A program made the position numbers and the translations under genes. From Sporopachydermia quercuum (lineage: Eukaryota), in contig BCGN01000004.1 in assembly GCA_001599295.1 (NCBI GenBank), positions 1,613,676 to 1,677,675 on the forward strand: 64,000 nt of DNA. The letters run 5' to 3'. Below are positions 21,960 through 33,070 of the stretch, piece after piece. Position 1 is the stretch's first letter. Every line of letters begins with the position of its first letter. The notes below the pieces were generated by a model. It saw only the letters and a list, made by a program, of their open reading frames with translations. It was not told the DNA's origin and searched no databases.

Positions 21960-22200
21960 GGCAATTGGCATACATTCATACATTCAACTCAAGGTACCTG
22001 GCCTACCACTAGAATACTCCATTTCTAGAGTCCTTCTAACACTACAACAACCACCTATCAATTGATCGTCTCACACAGAGAACTGCTGTTGAATCATCCA
22101 TGCCTTCCCTACTAACTGTTTGTCTTTTCCTTCTGTCAGTCTTTCGTATTTCCCATCGAGGTTCACTTTTTCAGTGTACTTCTAAGATCTGATCTCCACA
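21960..22200 (+). mobile_element. Degenerate Ty3/gypsy integrase relic
   Basis: VPGLP (21994-; cf. ITGLP), then IDRLTQR...TVCLFLLSVFRISHRGSLF (22061-22171; cf. VDRLTK...VAKLFLKNVFRL[HGLPKSIV]SDRGSQF). Confidence 0.65.
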
Positions 22201-23000
22201 ATCACCTACTACCTGAAACCAACCAAGCTTAACACGTGACCCAACTACTTGTACAAAGCAGAAAAAGTGAAACTCAATCCCAAATGATCAGCTGTTCCAA
22301 GTAACCTTAAACACGTACGAAGCGATATCGAACACTGCTCCAGGTAATACTAAATGCGTCTCACATTTCTCGATATGTATATTCATTTTTACAATTGAAA
22401 AGAAAAGAAAGCTTTTAAAAGCTTACTGCCTTCTAGACATATTTATAGATGAACACAAAATCATTATCCTACCCTTCCGTTTTCATTAAAACACTCTACT
22501 GTAACATATTCAATTGACATCCATATCCATTCTCATTTCTGCTTACGCCTATAATTTTCCAGATAGTGAAAAGGCTTCCGTACACCAAACTAAAGAAGCA
22601 ATGCGGGGGCAGTCTAAAGAGAATTGAGTCACAACAGGGTTTCGCTGTTTTGTCTAATTAACTTGCGAGTATTGAAGTTTACCTGCCAGAGCATTGAGGA
22701 AAGGAAAAAAAAAAAAAGAATTGAAAGGATAATAAGACAACACATTTAGGTTTTACTTTATTGTACCTGCCAATTAGATATTGAATTGAAAGGTACTAGC
22801 ATAACCTTTGTTCAATCACAGTGGTAGAGCAGCATATATAGTAAAGTGTGTCCGTGAAGTATTGCTGCATAGTATAGTTGTATTACCTGACTCCTCTTGC
22901 TATATAGACAACCAGAAGAAAGAAAGAATTCAGAGAGACTACTAATAGCATTTTTTTTTGGCTCGGAATATTTTAATCATCCTAGAAAAATTCGAACAAA

Positions 23001-24647
23001 ATGTCTGGACATCACAACCCACCCAAAACTAGGGAGTCAAAGAATTTTCTTGGGTCAAACAATTCGGCTATAAATCCCCCACTATCACCAAGAATNCAAG
23101 CTCGACAAAACTCAGTGGTAGAAATGCTTTCTACACCTCCACCGTTAGGAAATAGCTCTCATACTTATCCGCCATCAAGACATTCATCAATATCTTCTAA
23201 TCTTGATTTAAACGTTCCATCAGATGGGACAACAGAATCGCCACTTAGGCCTCATGGATCACCATCATTAGCTGATGGAAGCAGCGCTCCAGGCTTGAAT
23301 TTCCAATATCCTTCTTCGCCATTGATTCCAAAATCAGGATCTTCAGTTTCCATTAGTTCTTCTAGTACAGTACAGTCAGGTACGATTAAAGATGTTGATT
23401 GGACTAGCATACAACTCAGTGAATTAGTAGAACAAGCGAAATTGATCATTATCGATTGCACCATGCCAGTCGAAGAGGCTTTTCAAATGCTTATCAAACA
23501 CAACTTGACGTCACTACCGGTTATAATGGATCCCGAGTCCACTTGTTCATGCATCTCTACATTTGATTATTCAGATATCAATTCGTATTTGCTATTGGTT
23601 CTAGGGAAACTTGTTCCAACTGAGTCAATTTGGAATTCATCTTTAAACACATCTGGACTTGTATATACTGAACAACAGGTTCGTCAGTTTGTTGAAGATG
23701 CTCGTAGCGGACGACAGGTTCCTGTTGGCTTTGTTTGTCAGCTATCGACAAAGAATCCTTTTGTCAAGTTCAGCGAAACAGAGACTCTAGCACCAGTTGT
23801 AGAAGTTTTGGGATCTGGTGTTCATAGAATTGCTATTACTACAGATGATGCATGCACTTGCACATCTACCGCCTTGGCTAGTGCTGAAGGGAGAAAACCA
23901 TCAGTGGTGGTAACATTAGAACTTTCCACCAGGTGTGGCATAGTAGGTATATTATCACAACGTCGTCTGATTAGATATTTCTGGGAACATGCTCGGGGAT
24001 TCAAATCTTTAGAGACTTTATTTCAATCAACCATTAAGGATTTGAATATTGGATCATCATCAGTTATATCAATATCAGGAGACAGGCCGCTTATTGAAGC
24101 TCTACAAATAATGCAATCTGAAAAGATGTCCTCTTTAGCAGTTGTTGATGGTAACTTCAACCTTCTAGGTAATATTTCTATCGTTGACGTGAAACATGTT
24201 ACTAGATCATCTCAATCTAAACTTTTATATTCAACTTGCCTTCATTTCATATCGATTATTCTGAAATCCAGAGGTTTAGAGCATGGAAAGGATTCATTCC
24301 CTATTTTTCATGTAACACCTAATTCATCATTAGCTCGGACCCTTGCAAAGCTTGTTGCAACTCAAGCCCACAGATTATGGATTGTTGCGGATGAAGCATC
24401 TCCAGCAGGCGTAGGATCGTATGGAAATGATTTCACCATGAGACAAGGAAAACTTATCGGTGTTGTTAGTTTAAGTGATATTCTATCAGTGGTAGCTCGT
24501 TCAATTGGAAGATCACATGTTGATCCCAGAGCTGCCAGAAGACACAGAAGACGATCTTCAAGTAGTTCTCGATCATCAAGAAGTTCCAGAAGCAGCATTG
24601 ATAGTTTTAGAAAATCTGTGGCTGATAGTGCAAACTCTACTCGATGA
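23001..24647 (+). CDS. SDS23: CBS-domain protein Sds23/Sds24 family
   Basis: RQNSVVEMLSTPP, DWTSIQLSELVEQAKLI, LTSLPV...TFDYSD, LGSGVHRIAI, GKDSFPIFHV, KLVATQAHRLWIV. Confidence 0.9.
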   Translation: MSGHHNPPKTRESKNFLGSNNSAINPPLSPRXQARQNSVVEMLSTPPPLGNSSHTYPPSRHSSISSNLDLNVPSDGTTESPLRPHGSPSLADGSSAPGLNFQYPSSPLIPKSGSSVSISSSSTVQSGTIKDVDWTSIQLSELVEQAKLIIIDCTMPVEEAFQMLIKHNLTSLPVIMDPESTCSCISTFDYSDINSYLLLVLGKLVPTESIWNSSLNTSGLVYTEQQVRQFVEDARSGRQVPVGFVCQLSTKNPFVKFSETETLAPVVEVLGSGVHRIAITTDDACTCTSTALASAEGRKPSVVVTLELSTRCGIVGILSQRRLIRYFWEHARGFKSLETLFQSTIKDLNIGSSSVISISGDRPLIEALQIMQSEKMSSLAVVDGNFNLLGNISIVDVKHVTRSSQSKLLYSTCLHFISIILKSRGLEHGKDSFPIFHVTPNSSLARTLAKLVATQAHRLWIVADEASPAGVGSYGNDFTMRQGKLIGVVSLSDILSVVARSIGRSHVDPRAARRHRRRSSSSSRSSRSSRSSIDSFRKSVADSANSTR

Positions 24648-24869
24648 AAGTCGATGAGTCTTTTGATGGACAGGGTCTAACTTAGTTTCATCTTGCGTTT
24701 ATTTATTCATATGTATACATAACTTTTGTTAGTGTTTTTGGTAAAACTGTGAGCACTATGCCGTGGATTATATTTTCTGGTCACTTTACCAATTGAATTT
24801 AAAATTATCCTTTGGTGTATTCTTGGTATCTTTTTTTTCTTCTTCTTCTTACTATCTAATACAACTCTC

Positions 24870-25090
24870 TTATCATTATTAATTTTTTAGCTATATAAGA
24901 ATAACTGTTGTTGCTGGCAAGAGTAGTAAAGTTTTCCTCATGCTTTCATGATTTCCAGAGAAATCCTACCAATAGCTCTCTCAATTACTATTCTATAACT
25001 ATTCTATCGGATCCAACCATTGGATTGGATTCACTTTAATTCCTAGGAACACAATTATGGATGTAATACCAATGCTACTTCCTATTATCG
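24870..25090 (-). mobile_element. Possible Ty3/gypsy RT C-terminal relic
   Basis: IVFLGIKVNPIQWLDP...YW*DFSGNHESMRKTL (FLG at 25049-25041; cf. V.FLGHVVS..GI.PDP...WP.P.N.KELRSFL). Confidence 0.4.
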
Positions 25091-25111
25091 TTTCCGTATT
25101 ATTAGCCACAT

Positions 25112-25149
25112 CACGTGTGATATCACGTGGAAACCTAGTCTACACGTCA
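25112..25149. promoter_or_regulatory. Cluster of ACGT-core elements (two CACGTG and one ACACGTCA) upstream of JEM1; candidate UPR/bHLH elements
   Basis: CACGTG at 25112-25117 and 25124-25129; ACACGTCA at 25142-25149; about 350 bp before the ATG. Confidence 0.5.
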
Positions 25150-25495
25150 TCTCCCAACAAAGTGGCTTTCCCAAGCCATATTGGTATTATTCCATTTGCT
25201 TCTATAGGGACATCTTACAAAAGAAATCCCTGCAATTACTCATCACATAAAGCTCTTTAGAACATTTGAAGTAGCAGAGAGACAGTAGAACCGATATAAA
25301 TTGACAAGGGTACGTATATAGTCACGAAGAAGCGATATCCTAACAGTTCAACAAGATCATTTTATTATTAATAGAAATCACCATTGTTCGAAGAGTATTG
25401 TTCATGGATCTACTGCTCGATATCAGCCATTAGTCCGTCGAACTGCTAGACTACATAGATCTCTTGATTCAGCAAGAAATACAAACTATGAAAAT

Positions 25496-27289
25496 ATGCA
25501 TCTACGAACCATAGCTTGGTTTCTCACAGCAGTGCTTGGAGCAGTAGCTACTGCTAGCAGTTTTGAGAAACCACGGGATCTAGAGCAAAAGCTTCAAACA
25601 GCTAATAAACTATTTGCATCTGGGGAGCTAGCAGAAGCTTTATCGAGCTATGATGAAATCATCTCCAGAACAACTATAGAAGACAATTCAATACCGACTC
25701 TTCTCCAAGCTTACTTAAAACGCGGACTGACATATACATTTCTAAAAAGAGATTCAGCTGCCTCTGAAGACTTTTTGAAAGCCTTAGAACTCGATAAGGA
25801 TGCCACATTAGCCAGGTTTAATTTAGCTAGAATCCAACTGCGACAAGGCAAGTTTGATGCAGTAGAAGATAATTTAAAGGCTTTGGAAAATGATNCAAAG
25901 CTTTCCAAGGGCGAGATCGAAGAAATGAGAAACAACCTGAAAGTAGGAAAAGACACATGGAAGCTTCTGCAGAGTTCAATAAAAAAGAAAAACTGGAATG
26001 GATGTATAGATGCGGCCAGCTCTCTGCTAGAGAAGTCACCATCCTCATATGAATTCTACAAAGCAAAAATTGACTGTGGGGAGAATCTGTTGAAAGCAAC
26101 AGTAGTAGGAATACAAAAAGAATCTGATCCTGTGGAAAGAGTGTCCAAAGTTCAGTCGATATTGAGACAAACCGCTAATGATATGTCTTTAGCGGAGAAA
26201 TCAGTGTCAGATTTATCAATTAAGCTTAAATACTATCACGCTATTGGTGAAATCTCATTATTTGCATTAGACAACTATGACAATGCTCAAACGGTCATTA
26301 AGAAATGTTTACACTATGATGGCGACTATCAGGATTGCCGGTCATTGAGTAAATTTCTTACTAGACATAAGAAAATTCTTGAAGCTTTAAAAGCTCTCGA
26401 AAGTTTTGATGTGTTGAATTACGANACCCCTCCAGCATTTTCCAAGGCCGAGTATCAAAAGCTTGAGACGTTATTATTCCATACCAAACCCAAGAAGCGT
26501 CCAGGAAGCAGTAAAAAACCAGCAAAAGATTATTACTCGGAGATCAATGATGAAATAGTGTTATTTGCAGAAACTACTGGTGTACCCGAATGGTCTTTAG
26601 AATCAAAGGCAAATTTGGAACGTTTGGTATGTCTTATGTATTCTTCTGATGGTCTTGGTATACCTAAGAAAGGTCTACCTAGTTGCGAGTATATACTTGA
26701 TCATATTGATTCAAAGTATATTTATGGTCTCATCGTGAAAGCTGAAGTTGCCTTAGATAATGATAAGTTCACTGAAGCTGAGAATCTACTCAAAATTGCC
26801 AAATCCTTAATAGAAAATAGACAAAACCAACATTTAAACCAGAAGATACAACATCTGTTCAACTCAGTGCAAGTAAGAAAGAAACAATCTCTTGTTAAAG
26901 ACTATTACAAGATTTTAGGAGTACCCAGAAATGCAGATTTGAAAGCTATTAAGAAAGCTTACAGAGAAAAGACCAAAGAGTTCCATCCTGACAAATATAA
27001 AGGTGATTTATCCAAAGAAGATGTAGAAAAGAAGATGTCAGACATAAACGATGCGTACAATGTTTTGTCCCATGAAGATTCTAGACAACAGTATGATTTA
27101 GGACATGATCCTAATGATCCTACGGCAGGACAAGGAGGACAAGGAGGACCACAGGGAAGGCATGGAGCTCATGGAGGACCAACTTTTCATTTCAATCAAC
27201 AAAATTTTGGCTTTGGAGGCAATAGAAAGTTTGGTTTTGGTAACTTTGGAGGTCGTAAGATGAATTTCCAGCAGGGTGACTTTCAATGA
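25496..27289 (+). CDS. JEM1: ER-luminal TPR + J-domain co-chaperone (Jem1/DNAJC3 type)
   Basis: Signal peptide MHLRTIAWFLTAVLGAVATA, TPR-like helices, KDYYKILGV...KKAYR...HPDK J domain, G/F-rich tail. Confidence 0.88.
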   Translation: MHLRTIAWFLTAVLGAVATASSFEKPRDLEQKLQTANKLFASGELAEALSSYDEIISRTTIEDNSIPTLLQAYLKRGLTYTFLKRDSAASEDFLKALELDKDATLARFNLARIQLRQGKFDAVEDNLKALENDXKLSKGEIEEMRNNLKVGKDTWKLLQSSIKKKNWNGCIDAASSLLEKSPSSYEFYKAKIDCGENLLKATVVGIQKESDPVERVSKVQSILRQTANDMSLAEKSVSDLSIKLKYYHAIGEISLFALDNYDNAQTVIKKCLHYDGDYQDCRSLSKFLTRHKKILEALKALESFDVLNYXTPPAFSKAEYQKLETLLFHTKPKKRPGSSKKPAKDYYSEINDEIVLFAETTGVPEWSLESKANLERLVCLMYSSDGLGIPKKGLPSCEYILDHIDSKYIYGLIVKAEVALDNDKFTEAENLLKIAKSLIENRQNQHLNQKIQHLFNSVQVRKKQSLVKDYYKILGVPRNADLKAIKKAYREKTKEFHPDKYKGDLSKEDVEKKMSDINDAYNVLSHEDSRQQYDLGHDPNDPTAGQGGQGGPQGRHGAHGGPTFHFNQQNFGFGGNRKFGFGNFGGRKMNFQQGDFQ

Positions 27290-27519
27290 GATAACCTTCG
27301 TTAGAACACTGCTTGGAATAACATTGATGATCAGTGTTTTATCTCATGGATAAACAAATGGGTATCTGCATATACTGGAGTAGAATAGTGTGTAGTAGAA
27401 TAGTGTGTAGTAATAGAAAGATATAATGAATATGAATAAGAATATGATGTAATGTCGCACAGGTAATTGTTCAGGAGTAACAGGACCTTCAGTTCACCAA
27501 GATGATCTCCAAGGTGTAG

Positions 27520-27800
27520 AGGACAAGCATCTATTTTATACCTAATGATGGTATGCAGAAATCTTGTTCAACGTCAGCTACTGATACTAAAAATTATATG
27601 CTTGGAAATGTGCTTCAGTGCTTCGATACTCTTTATTCTTGAATAAAATAAGTTGTGATATGTTTAATACCAATTTCATTTCAATAGTTTATTTCTATAC
27701 GTCGAAAATGCATGCTTCAAACTTTTAAAAGTATAACAAATGAAAAAAAACTGAATGTTTATATAATGTTATAGTAGTTTATCTTAACAAAATCATCAAA
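27520..27800 (+). mobile_element. Degenerate Ty3/gypsy RNase H relic
   Basis: ASILYL (cf. APVLAY), ATDTKNYMLGNVLQ (TD at 27580-27585; cf. TDASNYALGAVLSQ), IVYFYTSKM...KYNK*KKTECL (cf. PVAYYSRKL...NYSTTEKECL). Confidence 0.65.
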
Positions 27801-27931
27801 AACTTTTAAGTGTAGTGGGTTTTGCGGATAAGTTCTTTTGAATTATAATCAATCTATCATAGTTTCTAACAGCAAATGATCTTTTGAAGTTCACGAACAA
27901 ACTCTCCCAAAACTGCTGGTACTAATTACAA

Positions 27932-29611
27932 TTAGTACACAGCCTTAGGACCGTGATACTTAAATGGTGATTCCAATGACACACCAGAAGCAGACAGGTC
28001 CAGTTTTCTTTCAGGAAAGCCTTCAAAAGATTTAGCATATGTTGCAACAGAATGAGCAATGAGCTTAGTATTGACTTCAAACGCAGTAATATTGAGATTT
28101 CCAAGATCATCACACAATTGATGATAACAAGGATCATACCACTGGCCAGCTGAGCCACCAAACATTTCTTCCTCTTCGTCAGTTTTGACTCCTTCAGCTC
28201 CGGTAGCAATTCCACCACCAGGGATGCTATTACGAATAAATCCATCATAATCAGAACGTCCATCAAAGGGGATGAGGGTATAGTTTAATCCATGGTCGAG
28301 ATAGTAGTCAATGTATAAGTTCTTCAACTCTTCTGATCCCGCTGGATTATCAATGTTGTTTGCATTATATACTTGGTAAGCAAAATTAGGAGAAGCCATC
28401 ATATCATAATCCATGAACAATCTAATCTTAGAGCTTTCTTCGGGTGTCAATTGAGAAACGTAGTAATCAGATCCTAATAGGCCTTCTTCTTCACCAGCCC
28501 ACCAGGCAAATCTCACAGAGTTGCTGATATTGAATCTCGTGAGTTGTGATGCAACTTCTAATAAAGAATTAGTACCAGAGCCATCATCGTTGATACCGGG
28601 ACCTTCAGTAACGGAGTCTGAATGAGCTCCTAGCATCACAACGTTCTCTTGATCACCTAGATAAGTTTGAGCAATGATATTGTAAGTAGTAACGAGGGCA
28701 ACATAACTATCGATTTGAACCGTAGCAGTAACGTTTTGCCCTTGACTTAGTTTTTCTTTCCAAATTTCACCGTCCTCTTTCGAAATACCAATAGAAGCAA
28801 TTTCGTCCGGAACAGGAGTACCTAGAGTTCCGTGAACAGAGCCAGGTTCATTGTTATAAATAATTGCAGCCAAAGCACCTGCTTTGCCAGCCAATACAGA
28901 CTTATCTTGGAAAGGACAAGAACCTCTTTCGATAAAAGCAATGGCACCAGCGACTGATTTAGGATAATCTCCTGCATCACAGCCATCACCAGAAACCAAT
29001 ACTAAAGGTCCAGTAACCGGTTTCTTTCCAGGAGTAGGAGGAGTGAGACTCAAAGCTTCTGCAGACTTTGGAACCTCACCGTTGATTGAAACAGTAAAGG
29101 AGTTCACACCACCAGTAACAGCTTCAAAAGGTTGAGTGCTAATATTGTAGTAATTAGAATGTTTCTTTANGGAGCCGTAGATATACCCTAAGGTAGCCTT
29201 ATGGCCCTTGGAACCAATGACACGAGTAGGATGACCATATTTCTTCAAAGAAGCATGTGCTTTGTAGTAAAGAACTTTGGACCGATGATATAAGGCTTTC
29301 GGAGCAATATAGCTTTGAAGGAGCTCAGAATCAATATCTACCAAGTCTTCAAATGAAACAGGCTCAACAGAGAGTTCTTCTAGTAGTCTTTCTACTTCTT
29401 GGTCGAAGTCTTTGGGTAAATACTCAGTATCATCTTCATGTAACTCTTCGGAGACCAAGCCAGGCTTTCTGAAATCCAAATTTAAGGATAAAGCCGATGA
29501 AAGGTCAGAAAAAATCGAGCCTAGAGAAGAAGGTAGTTGAATGTCCAAAGGCAAGGCTTCAACTACCGTTGAAGCTGAAAGGGCAATAGTAAGAAGAGAT
29601 TGCACTTTCAT
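27932..29611 (-). CDS. APE3: Vacuolar aminopeptidase Y (M28 peptidase with PA domain)
   Basis: Signal peptide; GHPTRVIGSKGH; PA domain IERGSCPF; GAHSDSV..GPGINDDGSG, WWAGEEEGLLGS, MDYDMMASPN, RSDY, DPCYHQLCD. Confidence 0.95.
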   Translation of the reverse strand: MKVQSLLTIALSASTVVEALPLDIQLPSSLGSIFSDLSSALSLNLDFRKPGLVSEELHEDDTEYLPKDFDQEVERLLEELSVEPVSFEDLVDIDSELLQSYIAPKALYHRSKVLYYKAHASLKKYGHPTRVIGSKGHKATLGYIYGSXKKHSNYYNISTQPFEAVTGGVNSFTVSINGEVPKSAEALSLTPPTPGKKPVTGPLVLVSGDGCDAGDYPKSVAGAIAFIERGSCPFQDKSVLAGKAGALAAIIYNNEPGSVHGTLGTPVPDEIASIGISKEDGEIWKEKLSQGQNVTATVQIDSYVALVTTYNIIAQTYLGDQENVVMLGAHSDSVTEGPGINDDGSGTNSLLEVASQLTRFNISNSVRFAWWAGEEEGLLGSDYYVSQLTPEESSKIRLFMDYDMMASPNFAYQVYNANNIDNPAGSEELKNLYIDYYLDHGLNYTLIPFDGRSDYDGFIRNSIPGGGIATGAEGVKTDEEEEMFGGSAGQWYDPCYHQLCDDLGNLNITAFEVNTKLIAHSVATYAKSFEGFPERKLDLSASGVSLESPFKYHGPKAVY

Positions 29612-30279
29612 GATTATTCATGCAGCAAGAAGCAACAATCAATTGAGTTTTTGGCTCTATAATAACAACACTTTCGAAAAAGTCTTTTGTATGCTGAGAT
29701 TGCAATACTTTACTCAAATAATGGTTCAATTGGCTGTAGATTTACCTTCAAACAAGCGAGCGAACACAGACAGGTCAGTTGAGTCAATGGCAAAATAGTT
29801 TGAGAAAAGCTCTTTATATACCAAACAAATCTACCGATCAAGTTGTCCTGTATATCAGCCTTCTCGTCAATTTATTTATAACTCTATGAATCTAGAAAAC
29901 AAACAGTCTTCCAACATATCCATCATTGTCTAATGGCTGCACCAGATGATAAGGAGGAGAAGAAGGAGGTAGAGGCAAGCGCTTCGAGCCAAGAGCCATT
30001 CATTCCCTTGAGAGGAGAGATGAACATCGAACACACAAATAACTTTAGCCCGATAAGAGGATAGTACCTAAAATAGCAAGAGAGAGGGGATGTTCTCAAG
30101 CAGTAACAAAGAAGTGACACAGAAGATATGCAATATATTTACACCACTTGACTTGGGACACTTGTCATGTGATGGTCATAGAGGCATGTGAGAAAGACTA
30201 AGCGCTGAAGTTTCTGGGGAGGAAAAGGATGTGGCTTTCGTGATTGTTATTAAATGTTTTCGTTTTCTGCTTTTTGGCT

Positions 30280-30640
30280 GTTCGAGATGGCTGATAGTTG
30301 ATATAACTGATTACAATGGCTTGAATAGATAAAAAGATAGAGTATTTTGTAATCGCAAGAGGCTAATCTTGTATCTTTGATCTGGTTGCAATAAAACTGT
30401 ATTAGTATTGATTCTTTCACTAAGTCAATTAAGCATTTATTTATGAGATTATGAGGTATCGTTCATTGTCGTTATAGCGGCTTCTCATCTGAATGCATCT
30501 GAATACTTTGTTATCTGTTACTAGGAAGTTCTTGTGAGAAATTGTAGGGAACTTGGATTGATGGTGATGGTTGAAGAACTCACTTTCTCTTCTGATGAGC
30601 TTATAATGATGGATTACCTAAGAAGGTATAGCTCATAGTC
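30280..30640 (+). mobile_element. Possible Ty3/gypsy integrase relic
   Basis: WLIVDITDYNGL (30288-), ISIDSFTK (30401-; cf. VVDRFTK), DGLPKKV (30608-; cf. HGLPKKI); order correct, spacing longer than typical. Confidence 0.45.
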
Positions 30641-30955
30641 AGTTCTGCTATATATTATAACTAACTGGTCTCTGCAAGAGTTGGCTATAGTAGCGAGATT
30701 TTACCTTTTATTCAGATTCGTGCGCCATTTATTGTAGTACAGGATTACTAGATAAGACTATATATTGCATACTGCTGCTTTGTATGACTACTGCGACTAG
30801 GTGGCAGACTAGAAGCATTTTAATATGGAGTAAACAAACAATGACTGATACCCACGTCTACCCACAATTTACAAAGTGACTATTATAAATAAATTCATTG
30901 AACCACCTTTATATCATAAAGCATAACTATTACATACATACAAACAACCGAACCT

Positions 30956-33070
30956 TCAGTAATGTTCAACAACATAATCATTCAAATCTTGAAATTCATA
31001 CAGGATAGAAGCATCTTGTTGATACTGTCCGTAATACCGCTCAATCTTAGCAGCAATGTTTTCACTATCGTATCCAAAATACTTATAAGCAGCAGCACCA
31101 GGCAAAGACTTACCGAAAGTTTTCATACTGAAACCTGCACTAGCATATCTTTCCCATCCATTAGCAGCATAAGCTTCAACAACAACTATAGGATGCTTTC
31201 CTCTGGGTAAGATAGTTCTCTTGTATTCATTGGATTGCTTTTCAAATAGTCTTTGACAGGGGAAACTAACGACACGAGNCTTCATACCCTTAGCATTCAA
31301 TTTTTCAGCTGCTTCAACAGCAAAGACCATTTCAGATCCAACACCAATGATGGTCAAATCAGCGTTTTCAACATCCTTGAAAACATAAGCACCATATTTA
31401 ACTAAATCTCTCTTAGAGAGTTCAGGGTATTGCTTTAAGTTCTGTCTGGAGAGAGACAAAATTGTAGTGGACTTCTTGGCATCAATAGCAACTTCCCAAG
31501 CACCGGTAGTTTCTTCAGAGTCGCAAGGTCTGATGTATAAGGTGTTGGGGAGAGATCTGTAGAAAGCGGCCAAAGCAATGGGTTGATGAGTAGGTCCATC
31601 TTCACCAGTTCCAATGGAGTCATGTGTGGCAACATGGATCACCTGTAGTTCTTGTAAAGCAGTCATTCGAACAGCAGGAGCAGCATAGATGTAAAACATA
31701 AAGAAAGATGAAGTAACAGGAATGAAAGTTCCTTCGTTGTAGGCAGCAATCCCGTTAGAAATAGCTGCCATAGCAAATTCCCTGATACCAAAGTGAATAT
31801 ACCTACCAGTATAATCGCCATTGATACCGCATTGCGTTTTAATAGCAGGATTCTGGAAGTCCTTCTTGTCTTTCCAGATCAAGTTAACTGATGGTGATAA
31901 ATCAGCAACACCAACCATGAAGTTGTTCACTTCCTTGGAAACGTTGTTGAAAACTAAACCTGAAGACTTTCTGGAAGCAGTGGGAGTTTTTGGCAAAGTG
32001 CCAGCGGCAGGTAAGAATTTTTTCCAGTCCTTAGGAAGTTCACCATTCACTCTTCTTTGGAAGTCAGCTGCTAATTCAGGGTAAGCATCAATATACTTAG
32101 CAATCAAATCAGCCCATTCTTGCTCGTACTGTTTACCCTTTTCCTTAACATCACTGAAGAACTCATAGAACTCGTCAGGGAGATAAAACTTAACTTCAGG
32201 GTCAAGCTTGAGGTTAATTTTCAACTGCTTGACCGAATCTTCGCCAAAGGCAGCTCCATGAGCAATGGCAAGACCTTGTTGAGGAGCACCAACACCAATG
32301 ATGGTATGGCAGTTAATCAAAGTGGGCTTGCCGTTTCCTTGCTTGGCCTTCAAGATAGCGTTGTAAATACCTTCAATATCAAAACAACCGTCCGCTATAT
32401 CAATTACATTCCAGTTGCAAGCTTCAAACTTAGCAGAAATGTTTTCAGTGTTAGTAAGATCGACAGATCCATCACAGGAGATCTGATTGTTATCGTATAA
32501 AACAACCAAATTATCTAATCCTAGATGGCCAGCAACCGAAATAGATTCTAATCCGACACCTTCTTGTAAGCAAGCATCACCAACCATACAGTAAATAGTG
32601 TTATCAACAACAGAAAACTCAGGCTTGTTATAAGTAGCAGCCAAATTTTTGGAAGCAATCGCCAGACCAACTGCATTGGCTATACCTTGACCCAAAGGTC
32701 CAGTTGTAACTTCGATTCCAGGATGTTCAATTTCCGGGTGACCTGGGCAGTAGGATTTCAATTCAGCTGAATGATAGGACTTCAACTGTTGCAATGTCAT
32801 ATGCTCGAAACCGAGTAAATGCCAGAATGCGTATTGGAAAAGACAAGCGTGGCCGTTAGAAAGGACAAATCTGTCTCTGTTGAAATAGTTAGGATTGCTT
32901 GGTGAGAATTTCATTGCATACTTGAATAAAGCAACACCAATGGCTGCCATACCCATAGCACCACCAGGGTGGCCACCATTATATTGCTGGACTAAGTCAG
33001 CAATAAGGCAGCGATACACTCTAAGAACGAAATCGTGTTTTTCAGGTGTTGCCAGGGCTTCAGTAGTCAT
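30956..33070 (-). CDS. Transketolase of the dihydroxyacetone synthase (formaldehyde transketolase)-like clade, no PTS1
   Basis: GGHPGGAMGM, FNRDRFVLSNGHACLFQY, PGHPE...EVTTGPLGQG, ThDP motif GDACLQEG...YDNN, THDSIGTGEDGPTHQP; DAS-type segments QTxCG..GDYTGRYI and ILYEFQDL. ATG 33070 has the best context; an in-frame ATG also lies at 33103. Confidence 0.92.
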   Translation of the reverse strand: MTTEALATPEKHDFVLRVYRCLIADLVQQYNGGHPGGAMGMAAIGVALFKYAMKFSPSNPNYFNRDRFVLSNGHACLFQYAFWHLLGFEHMTLQQLKSYHSAELKSYCPGHPEIEHPGIEVTTGPLGQGIANAVGLAIASKNLAATYNKPEFSVVDNTIYCMVGDACLQEGVGLESISVAGHLGLDNLVVLYDNNQISCDGSVDLTNTENISAKFEACNWNVIDIADGCFDIEGIYNAILKAKQGNGKPTLINCHTIIGVGAPQQGLAIAHGAAFGEDSVKQLKINLKLDPEVKFYLPDEFYEFFSDVKEKGKQYEQEWADLIAKYIDAYPELAADFQRRVNGELPKDWKKFLPAAGTLPKTPTASRKSSGLVFNNVSKEVNNFMVGVADLSPSVNLIWKDKKDFQNPAIKTQCGINGDYTGRYIHFGIREFAMAAISNGIAAYNEGTFIPVTSSFFMFYIYAAPAVRMTALQELQVIHVATHDSIGTGEDGPTHQPIALAAFYRSLPNTLYIRPCDSEETTGAWEVAIDAKKSTTILSLSRQNLKQYPELSKRDLVKYGAYVFKDVENADLTIIGVGSEMVFAVEAAEKLNAKGMKXRVVSFPCQRLFEKQSNEYKRTILPRGKHPIVVVEAYAANGWERYASAGFSMKTFGKSLPGAAAYKYFGYDSENIAAKIERYYGQYQQDASILYEFQDLNDYVVEHY

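Noticed and set aside
22940..22985. TACTAAT...TAG upstream of SDS23 as a 5'-UTR intron end
   Set aside because: No convincing donor upstream, and the branch-acceptor distance is longer than in the clear introns.
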